Source: the human T2T-CHM13v2.0 reference genome, Homo sapiens. From it: a stretch of 64,000 nucleotides of DNA. The stretch lies in the NCBI RefSeq assembly GCF_009914755.1, contig NC_060945.1; one strand, given 5' to 3'. Positions 39,837-53,390 of this stretch are shown in pieces (the stretch's first letter is position 1; every line of letters starts with the position of its first letter). Position numbers and translations under genes: made by a program. The notes under the pieces are model-generated. The model did no database searches and was not told the origin of the DNA. It saw only the letters and a list, made by a program, of their open reading frames with translations.

Positions 39837-40336
39837 CGTTAGGGAAAAAAATATTCAATAGACACGTGTTAAAAATGGTAAAGCCGATTTTATTCAGAGG
39901 GAGACTGTTTTGATAGGTGTAGGGCTCATTGGAATGGGCCTTTGCAATGGGGGGAGAGATTTGGCTCAACTCTAAATATAACAAGAAAAAGTGGGAATTT
40001 ATAGCCAAAGATTAAGATGGAGGCCAGTACATAGAAAATTACTGAAAGAAAACATAAGGGTAAAGAGGAAATTCTGGCTAAACCAACCACACAGGATCCT
40101 TCCTGAAGACAGGCTAGGATGTTCAGACACCACCTTGGGGAGGGTGAAGGATAAAGAATTTGATCAGAAATCAAGGGTGGTGAGATACATGTTAAGGATG
40201 AATAAACTGGCCTTTTAGGATTCTTGCTAAAATTAGACAATGCAGAGGCAACCACAGAGTCCAAGAGTTAAGGCCTAGTTGAAAAAGAGTTGAGAGAAGC
40301 TTGAGTAATGTTTGAACAAGGAGATAATCTCTGTTA
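39837..40336 (-). mobile_element. MER31-like ERV1 solo LTR
   Basis: Minus strand starts TAACAGAGATTATCTCCTTGTTCAAAC...TCAACTAGGCCTT, as in MER31; GGGAATTTATAGCCAAAG and GGATTCTTGCTAAA motifs. Confidence 0.75.
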
Positions 40337-40344
40337 TTTCTCCC

Positions 40345-40950
40345 TCTCCATTGTCATAGTCTGAGTTGTAATATAGACTATTACAATAGTCTCCTCATTG
40401 GTCACTCAGACTCTGGTTATAGTCTTTCTTCACTCATCACACTGTCGAAAATATACATCTAACTATGTCATACTCTATTCAGAATTATTCAATGTCTCTC
40501 ACATTGTCCCCACAATGATACACAGGCTCCTCCTTAGGAAGCCATGCAAGGGTTTGCTTGGTGAGGTCATTGCCTTCTTGCTCAGTCTCATAGTCCCTTC
40601 CTAGTCTTTCTCCAGAAATAAGTTACTTTATAAGCTCTACTATGCCTTGATTCTTTTGTCTAGGATATTCTCAAACTTTCCTGCCTTTAAATACTACTCA
40701 TTCATTAAGTTTCAATTCAAACATTGCTTCTGTGAAGTTATTCTTAGTGTACTCCAGAAAAGTTAAATTATCTTCCTACATTTTTGTTGGACTTTACATA
40801 TCCCTTTACTATAGCATATATTTTTGTAACTGTCAATGAACTAGACTTTCAATATTCTGAGGGCAACAAAAAATGTTTTCCCCTTAATTCCAATTTTCTG
40901 GCAAAAGGGAGAATATAAAAGGTCAATAAATATTATAGATTGACTGAATA
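40345..40950 (+). mobile_element. L2 3' region
   Basis: ACTATTACAATAGTCTCCTCATTGGTC...GGTCAATAAATATTATAGATTGACTGAAT. Confidence 0.6.
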
Positions 40951-41349
40951 AAATGCATTTAGGTAATAATTCATTTGGATGAAGATAATAGATTCTTAGA
41001 GATTGGGAAATGGGAATTGAAATACCAAATTTCTATCTACAAATATGTATTCAACAAGTATATACAGTGGCACATAGAGAGAGAACTCTACACTTGATGC
41101 TGGATAGGACATATAAATTCATTCAACACGTACTTATTTAGCGTTTACTTCACATCAGCACTATTCTGGGTATTTCAGAAACATTGCTGAAAGATATAAT
41201 TTCTATCCTAAATGACTGCATGGAATTGAACTCAAGACTTCGTTTGTCATAATCTGGCCAACTCTCTCTTAATTCAAATTATCTGAATTCAAATTAAGAA
41301 TATAAGAGAGGACTCTTTCAATTCATTTACCTTTTAGCAGCATAGTATA

Positions 41350-41453
41350 ATGCTTCTCAAACTTCAGTGTGCATATGGATGCAGATTCTGATTTAGAGGC
41401 CCTCAAGTGATGCCCATGCTACTGGTCTATAAGCCACAATTTTATTACCAAGG
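41350..41453. mobile_element. Internally deleted MER5A-like MITE
   Basis: TGCTTCTCAAACTTCAGTGTGCAT...GCAGATTCTGAT...TGCTACTGGTCT. Confidence 0.55.
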
Positions 41454-42890
41454 GTTTAAGGTTCAATAACAATGCCGACCCTTCCTAGGAATGAACCTCC
41501 CTTACATTACCAAAGCTCCAGAGTGTACTTATTAAGTCCCTCTGATCCATGGGTCAGGGTGGGGTAAACATGGAGTAAAGCTAAATATGTGGGGTGCTAT
41601 GCCAGGAAAATCTAGAGACAATACTTTCTAAGAAATTTGTGTGGTTTATCTGCCTCTAAATGGAGGCAAGGAAATAAAGAAGAAGAGGTCCTTGGATGAT
41701 ATTGGAAGTTGTTTCAAAAAGTTGCAGTAGCAACTCTCAGGAAGTAAAAGCTGGCCACAACCTGGCCTAAGTGATGGAGAAACGAGGATCTCTAGTGAAA
41801 AACTTACTTTGAATAGATATATCCTTGCCCAGCTTCTGTAGGACAAAGCTGTATGTAGATTCCTTTGCATTTTTCACAATACTTAGGATAGTGTTCCACA
41901 TAGAGGCTACATATATGTGGAATTAATGAATGAATGAATTGTCTTTATTTTACAAGATAATTGGAAGCTTTCAGGATATAAGTGAATTGTCTGACCTATT
42001 AATTATGGAAGAATGTTTACACTTTTGTTGAAATGCTATTGTTAAGCATTGAGTTACACCGGCTTGTGTAGTATAAAAAGATTTAAGAAAAGTACACATC
42101 AAATAAGCTGCCTTTTCACTGCCTGGGAAAGCTGTCATATAAGCATTGTGGTTTTCATGTTCTGTGGTGGTTGTCTGCCACAGTCCAGCAGAAGTTTAAC
42201 AGTAAATAATGTTAAGCATGTGAACTGGTCGGGGGGGTGGCATTTGCATTTATATCTCATATGGTTTGTTGCCCAAGCAGAATTGAGTGGCTACATTTTT
42301 CTATTTTTTGATGTCTTATTTTGTTAATCATTCCAAACACATTTGTTCCATTCCATAAAAATGAGCAGCTTACCTTCTACCTTTGTGAAATTACTGTTAA
42401 TCATTCTCTAATGTCTGCATTATCCCATTTAAACCGTTCCCCTGTGGTTTTACAATTCCTTCTGCTCACTAATCCAACAGGAGGAATGATGTGCAAACAA
42501 GCAAATATAGAGAAACAAATAGGTTTTCTTGTGAATCGTCCTTATAAGCCTCATCAGCGACATTAGAGTTTCTCAAAATGTTATTTAAGAATCAAATAAA
42601 TCTATAGATAAAGCATTCAAGCCAGTGGGCTTGAAATTAATCCAGGTGATGATATAAGCTCAATATAAAATAGAGGATGCTTTTATATCCATGAATCATC
42701 CCCGCTTCCTGCACCTAGCCTTAATCTTGACTGATAGAACCACATTCTTAAAACTTGACTATAGTGAAATAATAGTCAGCAACATGTGAGGCATATAATG
42801 GAAAGGGAAAATGCATATAATTTCCTAAGACTTACATCCCCATTGCTAGCCAAACTTACATCAAATGATAAAGGCCTGGGTATCTCCATG

Positions 42891-43238
42891 TGTATTAGTC
42901 TGTTCACTGCTAATAAAGACATACCCAAGACTGGGTAATTTATAAAGGAAAGGGCTTTCCTCCACATGGCTGAGGAGGCCTCACAGTCATGTCAGAAATC
43001 AGAGGAAAAGCAAGACACATCATACATGGCAGCAGGCAAGAGAGAGCTTGTTCAGGGGAACTCCCATTTATAAACCATCAGATCTCATGAGACTTATTCA
43101 CTACCATGAGAATGGTATGGGGTAATCCGGTAATCCACCCCTATGATTCAATTGTCTCTACCTGGCCCCATCCTTGACACGTGGGGATTATTAAAATTCA
43201 AGGTGAGATTTGGGTGGGGACAGAGCCAAACCATATCA
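42891..43238 (-). mobile_element. THE1 solo LTR (THE1B/C-like)
   Basis: Canonical termini; TSD CCATG / CTATG (one mismatch); small internal deletion and a GGTAATCC duplication. Confidence 0.93.
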
Positions 43239-43590
43239 CTATGTAATTGTTACATGAGCAAGCCCATCAATAAATATTGGCACATATCTGCATTGAAGAT
43301 AAAAACATCCAATCAGCTGGCTATTTCTGAATATTTGATGTTACACAAGTAAAATATTCAGATATTCAACTGCAGTTTATCATTCTCATGTATGTTCCAT
43401 ACTTTGTATATAGCACTTGGATATGCATTTTGGACCAATATTTTATTTGGCTTTCTGGAATTATATAACTGTAATGTTGTATATCCATGGTCATGTCACA
43501 TTAATTTTTATGAGTAAATACTACAATTTATCTGATTGGTAAATTAGAGATAAGCATGATCAGGGTTATATTGGCCCCATTTAGATGCTA

Positions 43591-43670
43591 AACCAGTATT
43601 ATCTGATAACAATTCACTGAACCAGTATTATTTGATAACAATACAAGCCAATACTATCTGATAACAATTC
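43591..43670. repeat. Three-copy ~28-bp minisatellite, core CCAGTATTATCTGATAACAAT
   Basis: Units start near 43591, 43620 and 43646. Confidence 0.9.
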
Positions 43671-45604
43671 TGCTTCCTTTGCCAGCTTCTAAGATCTGGG
43701 GCTGGTGAAGGAAGCAGAATGGGAACACTGAGTGTACATCTCATTTGATACATTTCTTTCTATCCATCCTAAGGATATCAAGCACAATAAAAAAGAATGC
43801 AAAGATAATGAAACAAGAAGCTGACTAGCTGCCCAAAGTAACAATATCAAGTTCTGAAATAAAACCTTTCTCTGCTCCATCAGTTAGGATAGAAGCAACT
43901 TTCCCTCTTCAATTATGCCACAATCCTAATTTCTCAATTTTGGTTCTACTTGTCTAGGGTCCTTGCAATGATGTCACTCTATCATTAAGTTCAATTGTGA
44001 CTGAGTGGGAAGGGAGAATATTTCCCAGTCACCTTCTCCTTGCCTTGTGGGAAGTCACAGAAGGATGTCAAATATTATCACATGGATTATGTCATGCTTC
44101 TGTCAGTTAGGCAGCCCACTTGACTACCATCATAGGAAAAGTTGATCGAAATATACATTAAACCATGGTTAATTTTTGCCTTCACTGTATATGCAATACC
44201 GATACAAGATACACATGTAGGCTGAAGACTCCTTCATCTTCAATGGTGTCCTTAATTGTGATGTTCTTTTTTTAACCTACAGCACCATTGATACAAACCC
44301 TTATACTCCTGCTCTTATTTCTACTGAAATATTTTATAGACAACCCTTTTCTATGATTTATACCTCATTATAAAATCAAATTTCTAGGCTGTCAGAAAGA
44401 AATTGAGTGCAGCAAAGTAGGAACTAGTTCTGTGACATACTGAGATGGCATATCAGCTTGGAGGCATAAGTCCCAAAGCAGAAAGTGGGAATTATAGATA
44501 CCACCTACATTCATTCATAAATAGGAGAAGAAATAATGATGGTACAGAACAGTGATTTTCAAGTCATAATGCAAGAGATTCTTAATAGTATTTTAAATTT
44601 TAAAAAATGGATTTATGATTGAAGCTATCAAAATTTACCAGAGCTCATTTCCCTCTTGCACTATAAATTATTATAACATTTATCTTATTGAAAAACACAG
44701 ATATTAATTAGTTATAAAATGAAATCCAGTGACTCAACTCTCTTCAGAAGGAGGGTCTACCAGTGTCCTTAAAGCTCTACTACTAATCATGATAACACTA
44801 GTTATTTTTGCTGTTTGAACTTTGACCTGTTCTTTTGACCAGTTCAAGGAGATATGTGAGCACAGCATGTAACACTGATTTGTACCTAATTATAAATCAA
44901 AGTTTCTTAAATCATTTACATAAATTTGTATAATGTGGAAAGAACTAAAAGTTAGACTTATGAGCTTCGCAAATCATTTCTTCTACCTTAACTCTTTATT
45001 AATGTGTCTCTTTTTTAAAAAAGAATCAACGGATTCTTCTTTGACTCAACACTCTCCACTTCTCACACTCTAACCCTCAGCGTCTAACAAACTGCTTTCA
45101 AGTGTTCAGGAAATGTATGTAATGAGTGTATGTGTGAGTGCATTGGTGTATATGCGTGTTTCCTTCTCATTGATGAGAAAGGGTATAGAATGCTCATCAC
45201 TAGAGAGCTTCATGAAGCGAATAAAACCCCTGTTTCCTATGATGTTATTATTCCCCTCAGGAGCTTAGGCCAGATGATCTCTTAGAGTCGTTTTTTGATC
45301 TATAACTCAGTGATCAGTGAGCCAGCTTTAGGTCATCCTGTACTCTTTAGTACACAACACTATTGCTCAAGAGTACTATATGGTGCCCTTGGGCCCTGAA
45401 AAACTTAATGTACAACTCTAAGAGTCTAAATTACTGCCAGGGAGTGATGTAGGTAGTGAAAATAAATTCCATTAATATCTTGCTAAGTGGTTAATCAGCA
45501 AGTCAAATAATAATAATAAAACGTTAGATCTGTTTTCTCATTCTGTCCTTTATGGACAGAAAGAATACCTGTTAGGTGTGTTCCTCTTAAACAGCCTTTA
45601 ATAA

Positions 45605-46170
45605 ATTTTAAAGTAGTGATCAAGACTTCCCTTGGGTTTCTTATCTCTAAACTAAATAAACCCTATTCCTTTCATCTTTACAAGTAAGATCCGTTTTCAT
45701 CCCTTTAATCATTTTCATTGTTCTCGCCAATGTTCTCTTCAATTTATTCACATCTTTATAAATGTGATGAACAATAATATTTATCTGAAGAAGTACTAGA
45801 ATATAATTTGGATGTTCCTTCTTGACTATTTTTTGTTTGTTTGTTTTTGCTTTTTTTTTTTTTTTTTTGAAACGGAGTCTCTCTCTGTCACCCAGGCTGA
45901 TCTGGTCTCACTGCAAGCTCCGCCTCCCAGGTTCACGCCATTCTACTGCCTCAGCCTCCCGAGTAGCTGGGACTACAGGTGCCCACCACCACGCCTGGCT
46001 AATTTTTTGTATTTTTTAGTAGAGACGGGGTTTCACCGTGTTAGCCAGGATAGTCTTGATCTCCTGACCTCGTGATCCTCCTGCCTCTGCCTCCCAAAGT
46101 GCTGGGATTACAGGCGTGAGCCACTTTGCCTGGCCCTTGACTGTATTTTTAAATGACACCTTAATCTTAA
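45605..46170 (-). mobile_element. L3/CR1 relic, split by AluY
   Basis: CTCTAAACTAAATAAACCCTATTCCTTTCATC...CCCTTTAATCATTTTCATTG resembles antisense CR1 3' RT region. Confidence 0.55.
45835..46135 (-). mobile_element. AluY with ~14-bp internal deletion
   Basis: AluY diagnostics; TSD CTTGACT(GT)ATTTTT at 45821 and 46136. Confidence 0.93.
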
Positions 46171-47777
46171 TAAAGAGATTAATGCCAAAATCATAAATGG
46201 AAAATCTAGAGATTTTATAATGACTGATTGCAATTATGGGCAACCATTCTAGCCAGTTAAGAGAGTATTCGAACACTCTCTGGTTTGCACATCAAGTTTA
46301 CAAACCAAGGTCTGTTTAAAGATAACAGTTTTGGTAACAGAGTATTTTGCTAACTACAGGAAGGTAGGGAAGTTCAAGCAGCAATATTAGATAATCTACT
46401 AGAATAAAGGATTATAAAAACATACATACAAGTTTTCCAATTCAGAGATCAACTATTTGTGCTTAACCATTCTAGGCTTCTCCCTTAGTAATTGGATCTC
46501 TCTCTGAAAGAATCCTGAATCTAACAAAAATGCACAAAATCTAATGTATTCTTCTCTGTTAATATGGTACCACAGCTTGGTACTTCTTACTTTCATAGTT
46601 TTATTAAGTTTATCAATAATGTGGCCAATTGGAAATGACCACTAATGCAGTTAAAATAAGACAAAACAAATACAAGAGTCAAATGGAGGAGAGTCCCATG
46701 ACTCACATTCTCATTCAGTTGCCGGTTGTTTTTTGTTCTCTCTTGTACTAGTATTCCCTGAAAGGCAGGAAATACTAGTCCTCTGAACATATCCAGCCTC
46801 CCTAAGGAAAGTGACAAAAGACCACTACAGAACTATGTGCTCTATAAACCAATGCCTAGGATCAGAATGTCAGAACAAATTCATCCAAACTTGTTTATCT
46901 TTTCATTTGTGAGACTCAGGTATACTCAAAGTTCCACACCACTTATTACAATCCCTCTTCTTCCGAAGGGTAGAGTTAATTTTAAAGTTGGATGCATCAT
47001 TTAGCACTGTTATTTCCAAAGACAGTTTACCAGAATATGGCCACACTGAAGTCTGCTGTTGGCAAGAAGAGAGGAAAGGAAAGCCAGTCAATAAAGACCA
47101 AAAACAGTTGTTCCCATCCTTCTACCCAGTTCATGTCTCTTTACTACTGTGATACATTCTAATCTCTTTGGCAACATAATTATGTTGTATTAATGCATAG
47201 TAATCTCAATCACTTCAAAAAGTTCTCTAGCTCTTGAACTTATCACCTTCATTATCAATGCAAGAAAGAACTTGAGGCAAAAGCAGTCAACGAGAGAAAG
47301 AAAGTCACTGGCTTACTTCCATAATGCTGAGCATGATGCCATAAGTTTTATTTGCATAAGGACATTTGATTCTTCTTAGAAGAATGGCAAAGAAAACTTT
47401 GCAGGACAAATCATTGAATCTCCACCAAGAGGAGAGATTAGAAACAGTCTGAATACTATGAGGAAAATAACCCAGATGGTAGGTGAAAATCAAAGGAACT
47501 GACATATATCCTGGGGCAACAGCTGTGGTCAGATCAGACAGATACTATTTATATGTCACTGAGGAAAGACACAGACATATTTATGTACTTAAGCCCAAAG
47601 GAATGTAAAGCTACCCTTGACCTTAATGAAAAGAGCTGTAATTCTTTTGGTGTTCCATAGTAAAATTAGTGGTCAACACAAGTTTTGTTGGCAATGTTAC
47701 ATAACCACACTTATGTAGATCATAATAACTGTTGAAAGATGAGCATTCAGAAATAACTTATTATGTACAAGAGATAT

Positions 47778-48752
47778 GCATTAAGATTAACAGCTAAATT
47801 ATTCAGAAACCATGGAGGCCGGAAGGCACTGGGATGACATATTCAAACTTCTGAAAGTAAAAGAGTGTCAGTCAAGAAGTCTGTATCCAGCAAACCTACT
47901 TTTCAAATATAAGTAAGAAATTAAGACTATCCCAGATAAACAAAACCTGAGATAATTTATTACTATTCCACAAGAAATACTAAAGAGAGTCCCTCAGGCT
48001 GAAATAAAAGGACACTAGATAGTAATGTGAATTCACATGAAGCAATAAAAAGCCCTGGTTAAGGTAACTATATAGGTAAATATCAAAGAGAGTATGTATT
48101 TGGTATGTTTAAATTTTTTCTTCTCCTATTTAATTTAAAAGATAACTATGCAAAGCAATAATTATAAAACTCAGTTGATGGGTTTATAATGTATAAAGAT
48201 ATAACTTCATGATAATCCCAGAAAGGAAAGTGAGGGAACAGAGCCAAATAAGAGCAGTTTTTTATACTATTGAAATTAAAAAGACACTAATCTTTTTCAC
48301 TTCCCCTCAAGATGACACTATTCTTAACTAGATTATTGTAAATTAAGTGTTCTTTGTAATCTTCAGGAAATCACTAAGAAAGTGAATCAAAAAAATAATG
48401 AAATAAATGACAGGAGAATTAAAATGGTACACTAGAAAATATCTACTTAACACAAAAGAATGCAGTAATATAGGCATAAAGGAGCAAGAAGACATAGAAA
48501 ACCACTACCAAAACATCAGACATAAATCCTACCATATTAGTAATTACATTAAAGGTAAATGGAATAAATAGTGCAATAAAAAGTTAGAGATTGGGAGATG
48601 GACCAAAAAAAGAGATCCACCTATCTGCTGTCTACAAAGACACTCTTTAGATTCAAAGACACAAATAGGTTGAAAATAAAAGGGCATACCATGTAAACAG
48701 TAACTAGAAGAAAGCTGGAGTGGCTATACTAATATCAGACAAAGCAGATTTT
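47778..48752 (+). mobile_element. Old L1M fragment: ORF1 C-terminus, spacer, start of ORF2 endonuclease
   Basis: CAGAAACCATGGAGGCC...TATCCAGCAAA (ORF1) and GTAATTACATTAAAGGTAAATGG...TGCTGTCTACAAAGAC (EN N-terminus). Confidence 0.8.
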
Positions 48753-48984
48753 ATTTGAAGTCATTCAAGGTAAAGAAGAAGCATGAAATATAATTCCTAA
48801 GCTATTGATCACTTCATTCTACAGTAGTGGTTTAGAGACCAAGGAGCATCTGCCACCAATTCCTATCTCTTGATTATTGTCCCTTCTTTTGCTGTCACCT
48901 TGGAAACAGAGACTTCATAAACAGGTAAAATTGATTATACATTCTGTCTAAAATGTACTTGTGTTTATTTTATCTTTAAATAAA

Positions 48985-50205
48985 ATTTGATTATAGTTTA
49001 GAATATAATGATCTTACTAAACAATCACTTATGTACACAAAATAATACAAAACAAATGTAAGCTCAATTAAGTGTGACACACTCATGTAACCAACACTCA
49101 GATTAAGAAATGGAACATTATCAGCATTCCAGGACCTACACTGTTATCCTCTCTTTCAGTCATTTTTTCCCTCAAAGGATAACCACTACCCAGACTTCTA
49201 ATGCAATTGGTAACTTTTGTCTGTTTCTAGATATTACATAATGTAATTGTATAGTACGTGCTTCTTTGTGTCTGGCTTCTTTCATTTGATTCCATGTTTA
49301 TACAGTACAACCATATTGAGACTGTAGTTCTAGTTTGCTCATCCTTTTTGCTGTATACAATTCCATTATGTGATTATACCATAATGTATTTATTAGTTCT
49401 ACAATGGAGAGACATTTGGTGGTTTCCAGATTGAGGCTATTATTAGTAATCCTGCTATGAATATTTTTGTAGATATCTTTTGGTGGATATATGCACACAT
49501 TTTTCTTGAATATCTGACTAGGATTAAAACTGTCAGGTCATACGATATACAAATGTTCGGCTTTAATTACTACTGTCAAATATTCCCCAACATAGTTGCA
49601 CTGATAGACACCCCACTAGCAATATATGACAGTTAGTTGCTCTATTTGCTCACTGATATTTCATTGTCTGTTTATCATTTTAGCCATTCTTATGGGCATG
49701 TAGTAGTATCAAATTATGATTTTTCATTTGCATTTCTCTAATGACTGACAAAGTTGGACACTGTATCATATGTTTACTAATCATTTCGAGATCTTCTTTT
49801 CTGGATGCTCATTTTTACATTTGGATTTTCTGCCTTTTACTTATTGATTTGCAAATATTTTTCCCAGTCTGTAGGTTGACTTTTGTTTTCCAAATGGTCT
49901 TCTTCGGTGAACAGATATTATTAAAATGGTAACAGTTATCATTATTTTTCTTTTGTAGTTATTGATTCTGGTCTTTCTTTAAGAAATATTTGCTTAATCA
50001 AGGATCTTTAATATATTCTTCTATACTTCTTCTAAAAGACTTATTGTTTTGCCTTTTACACAAGTCAGCATTTCATCTAGAATTTTTTTATGTGTAATGA
50101 GTGACATGTGTAGAGACCTATATTTAGATAAATATCCAATTGACTAAGCACCAGTTATAAAATGGTCATCTTTTCCCCCTTGACTTCTAGTAACACTTTT
50201 GTTGT
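48985..50205 (-). mobile_element. Old L1 3' region (L1ME-like)
   Basis: ACACTCATGTAACCAACACTCAGATTAAGAAATGGAACATTA...GCATTTCTCTAATGACTGAC. Confidence 0.78.
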
Positions 50206-52653
50206 TTAATTTCTTTCTCCTCTTTTATTTGGCCAACTCTAGTTCTAGAGATGTTATCTTGTAAGCATGGATGCACAGAAAGCCAGGAGTCTAGCGCAAG
50301 AAAAAAAAATCATGTAATTATTTCTACTGTTTCTCAGCGCTTTATAGTCTAGCCATGCTTAATAAATGTTTTTCTTTTATCATGTTTCCTCTTTTACCTT
50401 TGCCAAATAACATGTTACTGGTGGAATAAGTAATATTGTTCATAGAATTTTTAAAAATTGTAGCATACAGAAAGTAAGAATAACCCACAATTTCACCACC
50501 CAAATGAAAACTACTAAAAAGTTTTCATGAGATTTCTTCTCAGTCCTTTTCCTAATAAGCCTATTCTTAATTCAAAATCTCTAAGTACCTAAAAGCAGAG
50601 GGTTTGTAAGGACAACCTAAAAGATGACTTCTGGCTTATCAAAATATGTGTTCAAGGACATTTAAAAATGCAGAAGAAAAACATCTGATATGAACGAGAT
50701 GGTGCAGATTCTTCTTTCTCTGTTTCTCCCCAACTAAGTACAATTACAAACCCTGACAATTACATACAGCAACCATAGAATGACACAGAAGAATGATAAA
50801 AGAAAGGTGAACTGGCTAGAGGCCCCAGGAATGAAGGAAAAACACAACAGCCGGGATCTTCTGAACACCACATCCTTCATTCCACTTGCAGAAGGAGAAC
50901 CCAGGCCCGACATCTTCTGACCTAAACCTGTGGCGGAATGTTGCCCAAGCAAGTAGATTCCTTCCCCCATTCCCTGCAGATTAAATAAGAGTCTCCAACA
51001 ATAAGCAGCCTTGGAAATTGTTCTCTGCTTCCAAGATCAAGACTCTCCTTCTTCCCTCTCCCTGACCCCCTATTAGAGACACTGGGCGATCATGTCAGGC
51101 AGAAATTAAATGGGTACCCTACCAACAACAGAAATCCTATGAAACTGTATCAAACCCATGACCGGGGGTCTCCCTCTCCTTGCTTAAAGACTCTAGGTGG
51201 CCTAACCTGGTGGCCAGCACAAAGAGAATTTCAGGAGGCCCACTAGCACCAAGTAAACCAAAGAGACCAAAATTGACTATTAAGGCTCAGAAAGCTAAGT
51301 TGGGAGAGTAACTGTAGCCCACAAAATATAGGCTAGGGCCTATCACTTATAGAGGATGACTGCTTAATATAGCATAAAACTTAAATAGGATCCAGAGTAT
51401 TCTAACATAACCACCAAAATACGCAGGATATAATTTAAAATCACCTGCAATACTAAGCAATAGCAACAGGAAAATCATGACTTGAATGAGAAATGACAGC
51501 AGTTGACAACATTGAGAAAAGTAGGATATTGGAATTAACTAACAATAATTTTCTCATAGTCATCATAAAGGTTATTCAGCAAACAATTATGAATACCCTT
51601 GAAGCAAATGAAAAAAACAGAATATCTAACTAAAAATCAAAAGACTAGAAGGAAATTATAGAACTAAAACTACAATAACTGAAATAGAAATTTCACTGGC
51701 AGTGCTCAGTAGCAGAATAAGCATGACAGAGGAAAGAATAAGTAAATTTGAAGATAGAACAACAAATTACTCAATCTGAACAACAGAGAGAAAACTAACA
51801 TATACACACTTATGTATACACAAGGCTTCAGACATCTATGGGACAATAATAAAAGATCCAGGATTCATGTCATCAGCACCTCATAAGAGGAGAGGAAAGG
51901 GAGTGGAATGAAAAAAATATGTTAATAAATAATAGCTAAAAATTTTTAAAATTTTGTGTAAAAATCTATCTACAGTTTCAAGAAGCTAAGAAAACCTCAA
52001 GTAGAATAAACTCAAAGCACTCCACATAAGACACATATAATTGAAGTTCTGAAAACTACAAACAAAGAAAAAATCTTGAAAGCAGCTAGAGAGAAACAGC
52101 ACATTACCTATAGTGGAACAACAATTAGAATGACAGCTTTCTTATCTGAAACCATGGAGACCAGGGAGAAGTCTGATATTTTTCAAGTGCCTAAAGGAAA
52201 GAACTGTCAACCCCAAATATATCCTTCAAGAATGAATGGGGAAATACATACATTCTCAGAAAAAGGCAATCTAAGAAAAGTTATCATCAACAGACTTATC
52301 CTTAAAGAATGGCTAAAGGAAGTTCTCCAAACAGAAGGGAAATGATAATAAAGTAAGATTTGGAACTCCAGAAAGGAAGGACAAAAGAATGCAATGGGTA
52401 AAAATAAGAGTAAGTAGACCAGCCTCCTCATGAGTTTTAAAAATCATATTTGATGATTGAAGCAAAAATTCAATTAATAAAGAGAAAATATTCAAGTTAG
52501 TTGTATTTCCAGCGTGGGAGGCTAAAGAGACCTAAGTGGAAATAAGGTTTCTACACTTCGCTGGAAGTAGTAACATGTCAATACCAGTGGACTGGGTTAA
52601 GTTTTATACGCAGATTATAATATTTAGAGCAACCACTAAGAAAACTATACATT

Positions 52654-52970
<317 letters not shown>

Positions 52971-52993
52971 AGAAAAACTATACAAAGAAATAT

Positions 52994-53390
52994 TGTATTA
53001 GTCAGCTGAGGATGCCATAACAAAATATCATAGACTAGGTGGCTTAAATAACATGAATTTATTTCTTACAGTTCTGGAAACTGGGAAGTCCAAGATCAAG
53101 GTGCCAGCAAGGTAGATTCCATTCTGAGCTTTCACTCTTCTCTTGGTTTGTAGGCAGTGATTGTCTTGCTGTGTATTAATGTGACCTCTTATTTGTTCAA
53201 GAGCTGAGAGACAGACAGCTTTCTCTCTTCCCCTTGTATAAGGGCACTAATCCCATCATGAGCTTATTGTCACCTTTATGACCTTCTCTAAATCTAATAA
53301 CTTCCCCAAAGTCCCATCTCCAAATACCATCACATTGCAGGCCAGAGCTTCAATATATAAATTGGAGAGGACTCAATTCAATCCATAGCA
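52994..53390 (-). mobile_element. MLT1A-like LTR
   Basis: TGTATTAGTC...GGGAAGTCCAAGATCAAGGTGCCAGCA...TTCAATCCATAGCA; TSD AATAT / AATCT. Confidence 0.85.
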
